A program made the position numbers and the translations under genes. A stretch of 64,000 nucleotides of DNA from Octopus vulgaris. Lineage: Eukaryota. Shown one piece after another: positions 24,328 to 37,057 of the stretch (the first letter of the stretch is position 1; each line of letters begins with the position of its first letter). The notes under the pieces are model-generated. The model saw only the letters and a program-made list of their open reading frames with translations, searched no databases and was not told the origin of the DNA. The stretch is taken from NCBI GenBank assembly GCA_951406725.2, contig OX597841.1, positions 18,166,001 through 18,230,000 on the forward strand. Reading direction: 5' to 3'.

Positions 24328-24391
24328 TCACACCAGCATGCTTTTGATAGATCGAGAGGTGGACTCTTCATTCAAGTGCCGAGTTGTGAAC
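24328..24391 (-). CDS. FAM49: CYRI/FAM49 terminal coding exon: (R)FTTRHLNEESTSRSIKSMLV*
   Basis: Acceptor TTTCTCTCTCGTTTCAG|G, TGA at 24328-24330. Matches the vertebrate CYRI C-terminus (RF/YTTKHLNDE.TSKQI..ML). Confidence 0.95.
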
Positions 24392-24691
24392 CTGAAACGA
24401 GAGAGAAACATCAAATGTTAAATACAAAGGACAGAAAAAGGGCCAAAAGCTAAAAACAATGAAAAAGGAATATAATGAAATATATACTTTATACATTGTT
24501 TGTACTTTAGGCAACAGGCTGACAGACTCGTTAGCATTCCAGGTGAAATACTTGGCACTATTGTTGTTGTGTTCTTTCGTGTGTTTGCATCGAATTTCTT
24601 TTGTTGTTGTGTTCTTTCTGTTCACCCCCAGGAATATCTATGTAATGCAACACACTCCCTCTTTGTTTACTCGTATATATAAATATATACA

Positions 24692-25350
24692 CTAGCAGTA
24701 TAGCCCGGCTTTAAGTTAGAATTATTAAGCTAATCAAGTTCTTTATTTCAAACCAAACAAATTTGACCGAAATCCGTTGAAATTGGTAAACTTTTGGCTG
24801 AAAATGAGTTGAGACAATTTGATTGGGTGATCCCATAAGGAATTGGTTTATCGGTTTTTTCCACTGATCGATTTTTTTTTTTTCGTTTTTGGAGAACTTA
24901 AAGCATTCAAAGATCTCAGGAGTCCCAAGTAATGCTGGCATCAAATTTGAACAAAAGACATCAAAATTGGTAAAAGTTATGGTTGAGAATCAGGGGGAGC
25001 CAATTTTAATGGGAAGCCCTATAAGGATTCGGTGTCAATTTTTTTTTATCCTGATTAAATAGAAAAGCCCATAAGGGATCAGTTTATTGATTTTTCACTC
25101 CAAATAGGACTTAACTGAACACAACATTACTGATTCAAAAACATCAATATTTATACTTTAAAGTTGGTTTTCACACCCAACCCAGTTCTGCAGAAACAGT
25201 TTTGCGACAGGAGCGCATGGGTTGGGAGTTTGATCGGCAGAGGTGATCAGGTTGTATATGCCAATCCTTTTGAAAACACCACCCCCATCATGTAACCCCA
25301 CCCTTTGCCCATGGGTTGGGAATCCTTCCAGCAAAGAAAATATATATACA
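24692..25350 (-). mobile_element. Probable non-autonomous Helitron in the last CYRI intron
   Basis: 3' end GCCGGGCTATACTGCTAG|T on the minus strand resembles the Helitrons at 46091-46891. 5' boundary uncertain. Confidence 0.5.
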
Positions 25351-25351
25351 G

Positions 25352-25384
<33 letters not shown>

Positions 25385-25495
25385 TACAGATAGGGTGTGG
25401 CACTTTTTCACACAGTTGTCCATAGATATATATATTTTAACACAGACACCTCTACAGACACATCCGTACCTGTGCCTGAATAACAGGACACTTAC

Positions 25496-25566
25496 CGTAA
25501 AGCATTCATTAATCCTTCCACTTTGTCATTCTGTTGGTCCCTTAGAAGTTTTATACAACTCTTTAC
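25496..25566 (-). CDS. FAM49: CYRI/FAM49 exon (71 bp): VKSCIKLLRDQQNDKVEGLMNAL(R)
   Basis: TTTCAG| and |GTAAGT, phase 0 to 2. Matches [24 protein letters not shown]. Confidence 0.96.
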
Positions 25567-25627
25567 CTGAAATCAGAAACAAAAAAAAGAAAGAAAATAT
25601 ATTTATATGCACAGGTGTGAGGTAAGA

Positions 25628-25795
25628 ATAGGTGCAGGCATAGCTGTGCGATAAGATGCTTGTTTCCTAACCACATGGTTCTGGGTTCAGTCCCACAGGG
25701 TGGCACCTTAAGCAAGTGTGTTTTACTATAGTTTCAAGCTCATCAAAGCCTTGTGAATGAATTTGGTAGAGGGAAACTGAAAGAAGCCCATCGTC
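25628..25795 (+). mobile_element. SINE-A 5' half
   Basis: Head through GAAACTGAAAGAAGCCC. Confidence 0.8.
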
Positions 25796-26068
25796 TGTCT
25801 ATATATATATATATATAAACATTATGTTATATAATTAGGGTTCAGTAAAATAATTTATTTTTGAGTATGCATTGTCTGGGAGATTTTTCTTATAGTAGAA
25901 GAAATAGCTAAGATTTTTTGGCTGCTATTTCTAAAAGTTTGGTGTGTGGTAAAGTAAATTATTTTAAATATACCGTAAATGATCTTTTTACATACTGAAC
26001 ACATCTTATAAAATCACATCTTATAAAACCTCACCTCGTAAAGCCAACAATTGCTTCTATTATATTAC

Positions 26069-26099
<31 letters not shown>

Positions 26100-26469
26100 A
26101 TGCATACATATAGAAAATATTAAAATTAATATAAATATTCCCCAAAATATATGTTAATACAACATTATGAAGGGAATCCATTATCAGAGAAATTCGAATT
26201 GAACATATGAAATATTACCAGAACACAAATACCTACAAAAGGAACACTCAGAGGGAATTCATTCTAAGACATTGCTGTATTCAACTAATGGTGAGATTAG
26301 TGAATAACAAAAATAAGAAAAATAAAAAATAAACATAAGAATTTTACGTCATGATAATTAGAAATAGAGATTTAGAAGAATTAACCTTATTATATGATAT
26401 ACGAAAAGCTAGTATAATTACGAATTATATTACATATATATATACTTTACAAAGTTGGTGGATACTTAC

Positions 26470-26596
26470 ATCAATACCAGAATTTTTGGCAAATGCCCCC
26501 ACAGGATGTACATGGTCATACAGAATTATTACCCCAACCATCACCCGTAAACAAAATAGCTTCGTCTCTTCATTTTTGAACCTTGAGCAGTAGTTT
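26470..26596 (-). CDS. FAM49: CYRI/FAM49 exon (127 bp): (P)[42 protein letters not shown]
   Basis: CTTTCAG| and |GTAAGT, phase 2 to 0. Contains the family signature [22 protein letters not shown]. Confidence 0.98.
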
Positions 26597-26999
26597 CTGA
26601 AAGTGAAAGTAAGAGAATGGTAACCACGGAGTTTTGCTCATTTATGTAACAGTGAAGTGAGCAGGTTTAACATGTCACTCTGGCAGGAGCTATCAGTAGA
26701 ATATTTTCATGAAAGATTGGAAATAAAGGAGAACACTTGTATGGAAGTGGCATTTGTTTACAATTATCATGTGATGTGAAGGCAAGGAGACACAAACAGA
26801 CAGGCACAACATGCTTCTTTCAGTTTTCATCTACCAAGACTGGAAGTACACTAGAAGACATTTGCCCAAGAGCCATGCAGTGGTACTGAAGCCAAAATTA
26901 TGAGGTGGGGAAGTACACGCAGCCATGCCTGCACCTAACTTCAAATACCAGCCTTGTACACACTGTGTAATTTCTAAGTTTGACTGAGGATTATTTTGA

Positions 27000-27960
27000 C
27001 AGTGCAAGAGTCTGTAGAACACACGGTTGTTTAGATACTACAAGAGACATTAATTGCTTAGATGCACTGTTCGCAATATCCTCCAAGCATTTCAAGTAAA
27101 AAAAAAAGTCAATAAACACAACATCGTCGGCCAAAATATTGTTGCAAAGTAGAAAGCTTTGAAGTCTTTGAAGATGAAAAACGACCTTCCACAACTGATA
27201 ATGGCCATCTGACTGTCAGGGAAACAGATCCGCATAAAATGACTTTTGCTTTCTTTTTTCTTTAGTTGTTTCAGTCATTAGACTATGGCCATGCAAAGAG
27301 TTCAGGCCATTTCTGGTCAAGAGAGACTTTGAACCGAGCGGTCGTCGGCATCTTCACTATCTCGTCCGGCAGCTTATTCCACGGATCCGCAACCCAGACG
27401 GAGAAAGCCCCTCTCCTTCGATTGAGATGAAATCGTCGCAGATAGAGCTTTTTGGAGTGACCCCGCAGCCGACGCTCTGGAGCAAGAGTGAAGAACAGCT
27501 CTTTTGAGAGGTTACACTTTTCGCTTATGATGTTGTGAGCAAGAATGAGATCACCTATGCCCTTGAGAAATTTCAGAAGAAACTGAAATTTGTATCAGTA
27601 TAGTAAGTCAGGGCAGCTCAACAAATGGTGTTCATATGAGATGAATGACAACCAACAAAAAGAAGAGAAAATCAGCATTACGAAATCTGCTCTACACTTG
27701 TTTCGGGCAACAAAAACGGACGGTCTCTTGATCACACTGGGATGAGATGAAAACTGTTATTCTGTAGAATCAACAGCATTCAATAGAGTGGCCGGAAAGT
27801 TGAAGTCACTGTAGGTCAACCAATACAATCATTCACAGCTCTTTGAATTCTGGTGACACCAAAACAGTGAAGAAGCATTGCCAGGATTATTTAAGAATTG
27901 CATCAAGAACCACAACGGTGGTGCCAGCATTAGGATTCTCAAGAGGCTAAGTACTGCTCA
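27000..27960 (+). mobile_element. Old mariner relic interrupted by later insertions
   Basis: LEDEKRPSTTDNGHL...DPHKMT before 27245 and QLNKWCSYEMNDNQQK...EICSTL after 27600. Confidence 0.55.
27295..27553 (-). mobile_element. CR1-clade LINE 3' fragment
   Basis: DLILAHNII...RLRGHSKKLYLRRFHLNRRRGAFSVWVADPWNKLPDEIV...FKVSLD. Confidence 0.88.
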
Positions 27961-28509
27961 CTCATCTAGAAAAAAGGCTTACTGGTGGGATTGGTAGCAC
28001 TCTGGGCAAAATGCTTAGTGGCATTTTGTCTGTCTCTATGTTCTGAGTTCAAATTCTGCTGGAGTCGACTTTGCCTTTCATCAATAAAATAAATACCAGT
28101 TGGACACTGGGGTCAATGTAATTGACTTAGCACCTACCCAGGAATTGCCGGGGTGCTCAGTTAGAATTTTCTTCTGGTTGAGTAGTCCATCCTGCTCAAA
28201 TGGTCCTTGAATAAGGGTTGTTTAAAGATGTGAACAAAATACCCCTGTTTCCAGGGGTGAATTATTTGAATCCCAAAGAATTCCTTTCAACATATGGCTA
28301 TGATGCTCCTTCACTACTTCTGCTCATGATCAGAGATGCAAACATCATCAGCCAGCAAACGACAAACTGATAATCAAATCTGTGGAATTGAGCAGAATAT
28401 TTGCTGTATCCCATCTTTTATACCAACACAAAACAATGTACATAGTAACACTTCCAATCAGTTAAAATGATGCTATGAGAGCCAGAGCCTGGTAAGGCAT
28501 CAGGGCAAT

Positions 28510-29075
28510 TATAATTATAATTATTATTATTATTATTTTACTTCTCAGAGCTCTTAAGCTTACTTGCTCTGGTTGATTCTGTGAGAGCAGTAACCTGTTA
28601 AAAGGGGTCTCACAGGGGTTTTTCTGCAAATTACAAGCTTTGGTACTTGAATGGTAACTTATTGTGGAAGACATTCAACACCCAAACACTAATCTCAAAA
28701 TCCTAGCTATCCCCAACAGAACAGTTTTGGGGGCCCGCTCTGCCCTCATGTCAACCCCAATTTCTTCAACATAATCCTGGAACCTGGTTCTTAGTGCCTC
28801 AAGTGCTCCATACTTTTCACAAAGTCTCCAGTGAATAAACTTAGCCATGTTATCGTGCCTCCTTTTGCAATGCTTTTGGGCAAACTTGCTACACTCACTC
28901 ACAATATGTGAAATTGTCTTGTTTTTGCTGCCACACGTCCTATTAAGGGGTGATTCACTGCTCTAATCCATTTAGAGTTTGGTGTAATTAGTTCTTGGGG
29001 CTTGTTCTTGGGCATCCTTTCAGATCACTTTCTCTTAGCCATCTCCAGGTGTTGATCTTGTCTTTCCCTTCAATT
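28510..29075 (-). mobile_element. R4/Dong-clade non-LTR retrotransposon 3' fragment with (TAA)n tail
   Basis: HIVSECSKFAQKHCKRRHDNMAKFIHWRLCEKYG and terminal KTVLLGIARILRLV, ending in (TAA)n. Confidence 0.82.
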
Positions 29076-29384
29076 TCTCATCATCATCATCATCATCATC
29101 ATAGGTACAAGTGAAAGGCAGTGAGCTTGCAGAATCGTTCGCTCGTCAGGCAAAATGCTTATCAGTTGACTCTTTCTGCCGGGGTTCACTTTACCCTTCA
29201 TCCTTCCAAGGTTGATAAATTAAGCACCAGTAAAGTACTGGAGTTGATGTGATCGACTTACCCACTTCACCACAAATTCCAGGCCTTGTGCCAATTGTAG
29301 AAAGGATTATTATTACGGTTACAAGAGTAAGACATTGAACTGGCAAAATCGTTAGCACACAGAATCGTTAGCAGTATCTTGTCT

Positions 29385-29586
29385 ACTCTTACTCTTTTAC
29401 TTGTTTCAGTCATTTGACTGCGGCCATGTTGGAGCACCACCTTTAGTCGAGCAAATCGATCCCAGGACTTATTCTTTGTAAGCCTAGTACTTATTAAATC
29501 GGTCTCTTTTGCCGAACTGGGGACGTAAACACACCAGCATCGGTTGTCAAGCGATGTTAGGGGGATAAACACAGACACACAAACAT

Positions 29587-29639
<53 letters not shown>

Positions 29640-29819
29640 TATATACATATATGCGATGGGCTTCTTTCAGTTTCCATCTACCAAATCCACTCACAAGGCT
29701 TTGGTTGGCCCGGGGCTATAGGAGAAGACACTTGCCCAAGGTGCCATGCAGTGGGACTGAACCTAGAACCATGTGGTCGGTAAGCAAGCTACTTACCACT
29801 CAGCCACTCCTGCGCCTAT
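29385..29819 (-). mobile_element. SINE-A, full length, nested in a SINE-B copy
   Basis: Homology to 938-1341. SINE-B head precedes it and its B box GAGTTCAAATTC follows it. Confidence 0.9.
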
Positions 29820-30438
29820 AGCCTGAGTTCAAATTCCGTCAAGGTTGATTTAGTCTTTCATTTCTTCCCCAAAACTGCTGGCCATGTTCCATAAATTCAA
29901 AAATTCAAACTGATATTAGGATATTTTCTTGTTTTCTTTTTCTTTGTGGTTGTAAAGTTTTAAGGGAGAAACACCAAATTCGTAATCTGTCTCATAAAAA
30001 TCTTCTTTTTTTTTGCCAGAGTGAACAAAGATATTCTATGAGCATTTCCTTTAGCATTTAAACTGGCCAAATCAGGCCCAAATATTCTACCAGTCTTATT
30101 GCTCCAATCAGTCAGATGCAGTCTCTCACACCTACCCTACAATGTCCATCTAAAAACAAATAACCACAACATCAAAATCTCAAGGCTATGAGGGAATACA
30201 GGACCCCTTTTAAAATTTGTGGGCAAATAAGCCTTACATTTCATAAATTAAACATTAAGGATGTTAAACATTCTTGTCTTATTTTTTAACTGCCCTTGAA
30301 AGATTTTGAGAGAAAGAGAGAGAGATAGATAGATAGATAGATAGATAGAGAAGGAGAGAGAGAGAAAGAGAGAGAGAGAGAGGGGAGAGAGATGGATGGA
30401 AGCAGACAAAAGTGAGTATGAAATCAGAATTGACTTAC

Positions 30439-30518
30439 GGATTTTCTATCATCTCCCGGCAAATATTGGCCATTGTACTGAGACAGTCAGTGGTGATCTC
30501 AACAGGGAGGTCTTTGTG
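30439..30518 (-). CDS. FAM49: CYRI/FAM49 exon (80 bp): [26 protein letters not shown](P)
   Basis: CTTTCCATCAACAG| and |GTAAGT, phase 0 to 2. Matches [27 protein letters not shown]. Confidence 0.97.
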
Positions 30519-30869
30519 CTGTTGATGGAAAGAGAGGAGGTCATAGTGACAGTGGTAATGGTGATGGTGGAAGAACTGGTGTGGTAGTGGTGTGGTGGTA
30601 AGATAGTGGAAGTTGTGGTTAAGGTAGTGGTGACTGTGGATAAAGATGGTGATGGTGGTGGTGTTGGTTGTGGATAGAGGACAATGGTGGGAGATAGGGA
30701 TTGCGGTGGTGGTGTGGTTCACAGTTAGTTGGTTACCTCTGATGACACACAGACATTGGTTACAACAACAACAGCTATATCCATCAGACATCAACAACAC
30801 CACAAAAACTAAATCACTACTCCCAAACTAAACGGCTCCACTTTCTGCAGCACCCCCCATGGAAAATGT

Positions 30870-31200
30870 TGGCGTGGCTGTGTGGTAAGAAGCTTGCTTC
30901 TCAACCACATGGTTCCAGGTTCAATCTTGGGCAAGTATCTTCGACTATAGCCACAGGCCAACCAAAGCCTTGTGAGTGGATTTGGTAGATGGAAACTGAA
31001 AGAAGCCCATCATACACACACACACACACATTTTATCTTTTACTTGTTTCAATCATTTGACTGTTGCCATGCTGGAGCACCCCCTTAAAGGGTTTTAGTC
31101 AAAGAAATTGACCCCAAGACTTATTCTGTGTAAGCCCAGTACTTATTTTATCAATATCGTTTGCCGAACCACTAAGTTACAGGGACATAAAGTGATGGTG
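30870..31200. mobile_element. SINE-A 5' half (+, 30870-31012) next to a SINE-A 3' half (-, 31035-31200)
   Basis: Homology to 938-1341 in opposite orientations around a (CA)n tract. Confidence 0.75.
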
Positions 31201-31254
31201 CGGGAGCCCAAACACAAGGCACACACACACACACACACATATATATGTATATGT

Positions 31255-31800
31255 GTGTGGTCCGAACAGTAAGTATCCGGACTGTAGCCATAGTAACGAA
31301 GCCAAAGCACGCAGAGTGAAGCCGCTTGGCACAGATTGACCTCAAACTCTGCTGTGCTTGCACACTAAGTGTTAACGTTCTAGCTCACTTCCGCTGTTTA
31401 TAGCAGTGCTTGGAAGGAAGGTGTGTAGCGTGTGATCATCACATTGACCACGACAGAGAAAATTGAGCAGAGAATCTGCATCAAATTTTGCTAAAAGCTT
31501 GGTGATATCTGTTGAGAGGCCTGCACAAAGTTTCCATCCTTCTCAACAGAATCAAGGAGATCTTGTACAACTGAAACCCGAGTGTCTTCTTCGTCAGCTG
31601 GAAGCAGTTTTGGCACAAACTTGGCAAACACGCCTCTCACACCCAAAGCTTCTGTGATAATGGACTGAACCGTAACTAATCTGCACATCCCCTGATAACC
31701 CACGGATGGGGATTCAATGGTTTCCCCTTGCAGCTGCACGCACATCTGCAATGGTTTTCTCAGTTCTGCTGGTTGTGGATCTCCCAGAACTCTCATTGGA
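31255..31800. mobile_element. Mariner fragment with an internal inversion
   Basis: Plus strand gives IEQRICIKFC*KLG up to about 31530. 31533-31800 encodes VQSIITEALGVRGVFAKFVPKLL on the minus strand. Confidence 0.75.
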
Positions 31801-32390
31801 GATACCGTTTACAGCTGAGTGGACTGGGCAATGTGAAATGAAGTGTTTTGCTCAAGAACACGATACACAACCAGCCTGGGAATTAAAACCATGACCTTAT
31901 AATCGTGAGTGCCACACCCTAACTCCTCTTCCATGTCCCTTCATACACTAAATTCACACAAACTGCAAATTATACAGAACTACACAGAGAACACCCACAA
32001 ATACTCACCACACATTGGACAAAGATAACCAACTTCAAACCGTGTGAAATTAAGTGTTTCAGTTTTAAAAAGATTAGAAAAATAACGAAAGAGGAAGAAA
32101 AACAATTGGCTCATTGTTAACGAGTGGGTTATAACAGATTCATTGTTAACGAGTTGAGTTTTAAACTAAATTAAAGGACATCGCAAAAATCATTTCAGAA
32201 AAATTAAAATAGCATGACACTGATTATGTTGCTGAAAATAGATGAAATAAAATAATGTTTTGCATATATCAATACATGTAATGAGTGCATGTATGTATAC
32301 ATACATACATACATATATTATATACACACACATAAGTAAATATCAAACAACGATAATGAGTGCTCAACACCACATTGGTGGATAAAGATT

Positions 32391-32553
32391 CTTTATTTCT
32401 GTAATGAGGCTACCATTGGTTTCATGTTAAGGAATACTTCAACAATTATCAAGTCTATCACAAGGAACATTTTAATCCAAATATGATAGATTTGATAATT
32501 GCTGAGGTATTCCTTAACATGAAACCAATGGTAGCCTCAATACAGAAATAAAG
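32391..32553. repeat. Fold-back element with about 70-bp arms; relatives at 23640-23815 and 36130-36305
   Basis: CTTTATTTCTGTAATGAGGCTACCATTGGTTTCATGTTAAGGAATAC... pairs with ...GTATTCCTTAACATGAAACCAATGGTAGCCTCAATACAGAAATAAAG. All three copies share a leader like CAACAC.ACATT.GTGGATAAA. Confidence 0.88.
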
Positions 32554-32577
32554 TTTACATATAAACACACACATATA

Positions 32578-33851
32578 TTGAGTCATCCCATAAATAATAT
32601 AGTTTTTTTTTTCAATTGCATGAACTAAAAGTTGGAGGGGGATCGAAAAAACTACCTGCATCAATTTGCTATAAAAGCAGGTGTAGTAATTTTACCTTTG
32701 ACTTATTCTTAGTGCAAGTTTTGAAGAGTGCAGTTCAATTTTAACAGTTATTTTTCAAAGCTATAACGGAAGTGACAAAGGAGCAAATTTTAGCATATTT
32801 TGCTTTATGAGTTCAATGAAGGCAACAACGGAAAGTGCAAGGAATATTAATGCAGTCTATGAGGATCGGACAATAAGTGTAAGCCAGTGTCAACGGTGGT
32901 TCCAGAAATTATGGAGCCAAAAACTACAGCGTAGAAGACGAGCCTCATCCTGGAAGATCTGTAGAGCTCACAAAGGATGTCCTGCAAACCCTGGTGGAAC
33001 AAAATCCCACTGTACCTGTTGAGGAACTAGCAGAGAAGCTTGGATTTGGTCATTCAACCAGCCATCGACACCTGCATGCCACTGGAAAAGTCAACAAATT
33101 GGCTCAGTCGGTTCCTCACAAACTTCCCGAGTCTAATCATGTGCAGAGAGTGAATGTGTGCTCTTCTTTGCTGTCACGTCTCATGAAGGAACCATTTTTG
33201 GACTGAATAGTGACTGGTGACGAGGAATGGGTCCTCTATAAAAATGACAAGTGGCAAAGACAGTGGGTAGGGACAGGAGAAAGACCGGCACCCCAGGCTA
33301 AAGAAGGTCTTCACCCACATAAGGAGTTGTTATCTGTTTGATGGGATATGAAAGGTTTAGTGTCCACTTTGAACTTTTAAATCCAAACCAAAGGATAACA
33401 AAGGAGATCTACTGTGAGCAGCTGAAGTCAGCACTGGAAGAAAAACGACCATCTTTGGTTTCAAGATGAAAGGTGTTCTTCCATCAGGATAATGCTCAGC
33501 CACATGAGGATGAGATTCCAAAGGCTGGAACAGTTTGAATGGGAAACGATTCCCCACCCACCATATTCTCTGGACATTGCCCCATCTGATTATCATTTAT
33601 TCTGCAGTCTTCAAAATCCTTTGGACGGTAAAAATATGAATTCTGTAAATGAGGTCAGAACAGTACTGGAGGAGTATTTTTCATCACAGACAAGAGAATT
33701 TTGGAAGAGGAGCCTTGGATGTCTACCAGATAGATGGAAGAGTATTGCAGAAAATGGAGAGTATATTTTAGATTAAAAAAGAACTTTGTTTACCTTAATT
33801 TTGAAAAATAAAAAAGGGTTAAAAAACTGCATTATTTCTGGGATGACCCAA
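32578..33851 (+). mobile_element. Full-length but inactivated mariner (DD34D) element
   Basis: TIRs TTGAGTCATCCCATAAATAAT / ATTATTTCTGGGATGACCCAA, about 1.27 kb. Motifs SVPHKL, VTGDEEW, HQDNA, HPPYSLDIAPSDYHLF. Stops and frameshifts. Confidence 0.95.
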
Positions 33852-34035
33852 AATATATATTTATATATTTTGTTAAGCGACCAGTTGAACATTCATCATA
33901 TATAAGTTAAACATTACTAGTAGACTATGTTAAACACGTAAAGAAGAACAATTAAAACACACCCATGCACTTAGCCAAATATATAATCACATGTAACAAG
34001 AAAATGCATTCATGCAAAAAGAAAACACAGAATTA

Positions 34036-34078
<43 letters not shown>

Positions 34079-34429
34079 CAATTCAAATAAAAAAAAAACC
34101 CAGAGAAAATGAATGTGAGGACATTCACAAGAAGTGTATTAGCTTGATGCTCGGTTTGATGCGCTGCTGGCAATAATTTCTCCATCTTTGGACTTTCCCC
34201 TTCCTCCTTTCCAATGAAGAGCTATGCTCGAAACCTCAAACTCTCTCCTTTCGCAGAGCAACAAGACAACAACACTAGTCATGCATGTCCTCAAGTTCAT
34301 TCTTTTTGTGTTTTTTTATTTAAACATTTAAACCATTTATTTATTTGAATTGGCTATATATATATATGTGTGTTTATATATATAATTATATAATAATTAT
34401 AATTACTATAATCATTTCTTAAATATAGC

Positions 34430-34610
34430 CACGAAACACATGTCATTATTCTACCAAATATATACGTTTTATTAATTATTTTGCACATTACTTAATCATC
34501 GTTATATGTTTTTTCTTATATCTAATCTTTCTATAAGATGTAATTTTCTAAATGGTATAATTTAATGTTTCATTATTGAATTGATAAAAGGTGATTATTC
34601 TCTAATTTAT
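34430..34610 (+). repeat. Unclassified AT-rich repeat in (TA)n; second copy at about 38765-38920
   Basis: Shared CTACCAAATATA...TACTTAATCAT...TGTAATTTTCT...GAATTGATAAAAGGTG...CTAATTT. Confidence 0.65.
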
Positions 34611-35535
34611 TTATATATATATATATATATACTCACATATATACATATATATATGCGCTATATTTGTTTAAAAAGTTAAACACAATCCTTTACACAGCTG
34701 AACACAATTATATTTGGCAAAAAAACAAAAACATATTCATATGCAACACACACACACACACACACATGGAAACCCTAACATGCAGATGGTTAAACATGTA
34801 GCATACGAGAGATTATGGGGTTTCTCAATTGCTTTGAAACAGCAGTCAAGTCTCCCTCAAATCACACCATACACGCTTTCTATCATCGGTCTACCCCGTC
34901 TGGGTTGACCTAGGGTCAAACACTAACAACAACTGAAACAGCTGTAAAAACAATACACAACAATAGGATCTCTTTAACAAGTTAGAAATAGCAGCCAAAT
35001 TCACACAACTCACACTTTTACAGTGATAGAAAATGATGAACATATTAAACAATGTAGTCTTAGATTATTTCAACACAGATGGGATGGTCATGGTGAGACT
35101 AACTCTGCTGAAGGTTAAATAACATTAGCAACACCTATAGTACTGACCACACAACATTCACAACAGTAACCTCACAACATTAAATAACAACAACAACAAC
35201 AACAAACAGATGGAAAAAAAATCACTGCAAATTGAAAACAGAAACAGATAAAAAAAACAAACAATTAAGACATATCAATCGAAGGCCCCATAATTAGTAA
35301 AAAATCTAACAGCATTCTAAAAGTGACCTTTGACACGAGAGGTCATAAGGGCAGCAGTGAGGGTTAAGTTTGTTACAGAAGGAAGTTCAGAAGTTTTCAA
35401 GACCCCCCCCCCCATTCTGTTCCCATACAAGAAACAGTTTATTGACAGAAAGAGAAGTAGGAATGCTAAGTAGTATTATTGTTGTTGTTATTACTATATT
35501 ATTATTATTATTATTATTATTTATTATCATTATTA

Positions 35536-35568
<33 letters not shown>

Positions 35569-36045
35569 GTAGTAGTAGTAGTATTTAGATACTGCTAGAA
35601 AAAGAAAAGCATGATTGTGGATGGTTTGTATTAAAATTCCTGTTTACTGCCTAAAAGTGAATTGATGGATGAGACAGCCAAACGATCATCCTAATCATCA
35701 AATCTCTCTAAATGGCAGAGGTTTAATTAGAATTCTTGTAAACCACACACACACACACACAGACATTTAGAGAATAAGTAAAAATAAAATATTTCATCTG
35801 CTCAACATTTGTTTCAAAGACCACATTCCATACGGAGTGAATAATGAATTCACTTGAGATAATCATAATCCTTTCAACTAAAATTACCAAGCTTCTAATG
35901 TTTCTATGCACAGACATGGATACAAGGTGAAGGCAGGGCAGTGGAGATTAAGAATCATATGTTTAGCTGTGTGAATGCAGTAAAGTGTGACCTCTGTCAT
36001 ATTCACTGACTGACCAAAACATTGAAGGAAACAGGAAATAGCCTG

Positions 36046-36099
<54 letters not shown>

Positions 36100-37057
36100 G
36101 TATATATATATAGACACATGTTAATATCGAACAATGAAAATAGTGTGCTGAACACTACATTAGTGGATAAAATATTTTTACTTAATTGCTTAACACTACC
36201 ATTGGTTTCATGTCAAGAGATCCCTTAACAATTATCAAATCTGCCACATGGAACATTGAGTGTTCGTACATGAAACCAATGGTATCCTTAACCCATAAAT
36301 AAAGTATATATATATATATATAATTTTAATTGAGGAAAGACAAGTCAAATCTATGTTACATATGTTTCAATGAACAAACGTAATTTATTTCATATTACTT
36401 ACAAAAGTTCTGCAATTTTATGCAAGAAATTCAAAGTCATTTTTGAGACATAATTTGATTCACAATCAACTTATGAAATAAACATACAAAAGTTAGAAGA
36501 ACTTTCCCCACTTCAAAGGGTGAATCAAACCATGTGTGCTTAAAATTGCATATCTTTTGTGTGTGATATGAAATGGTGCTTGTTCATTGATGCGTACATA
36601 ACAAATAATTTGATTTGTCTCTTCCTCAAAATTGTCATCCATTCTGTGAGGATTCAAACGTACCTGTTTGATATACATGCCCTATTATTGACAAAGCGTT
36701 CTTTTAACCCTTAAACAGGGGAAAAGAGTTGCATGAATGTGTGTACCAAACATGCAAAAACAGAAATCTTTCGTAAGGGTAATTTTTATACTAATTTTCA
36801 CTTTAAATAAGTACGAAAATGATAATAATTGTTAGTCTCTTGCGCAATAAAATTTACAGTTTTATAAACAATTAAAAAGCACTGAAAAATATTCACTTTC
36901 TTTTCATGATGGTCGTATCCATGTAAAATGCACTGGGGGGAGCACTGTGTTCTTCAGCGAAACACTTCAATCTCACTTTACTCTACAATCACTTCCTGAC
37001 ACATGGCGCCCTCTGGCACCTCGTCAAGTAATGTCAGCTTCATGGAGGGAGTGAGGT

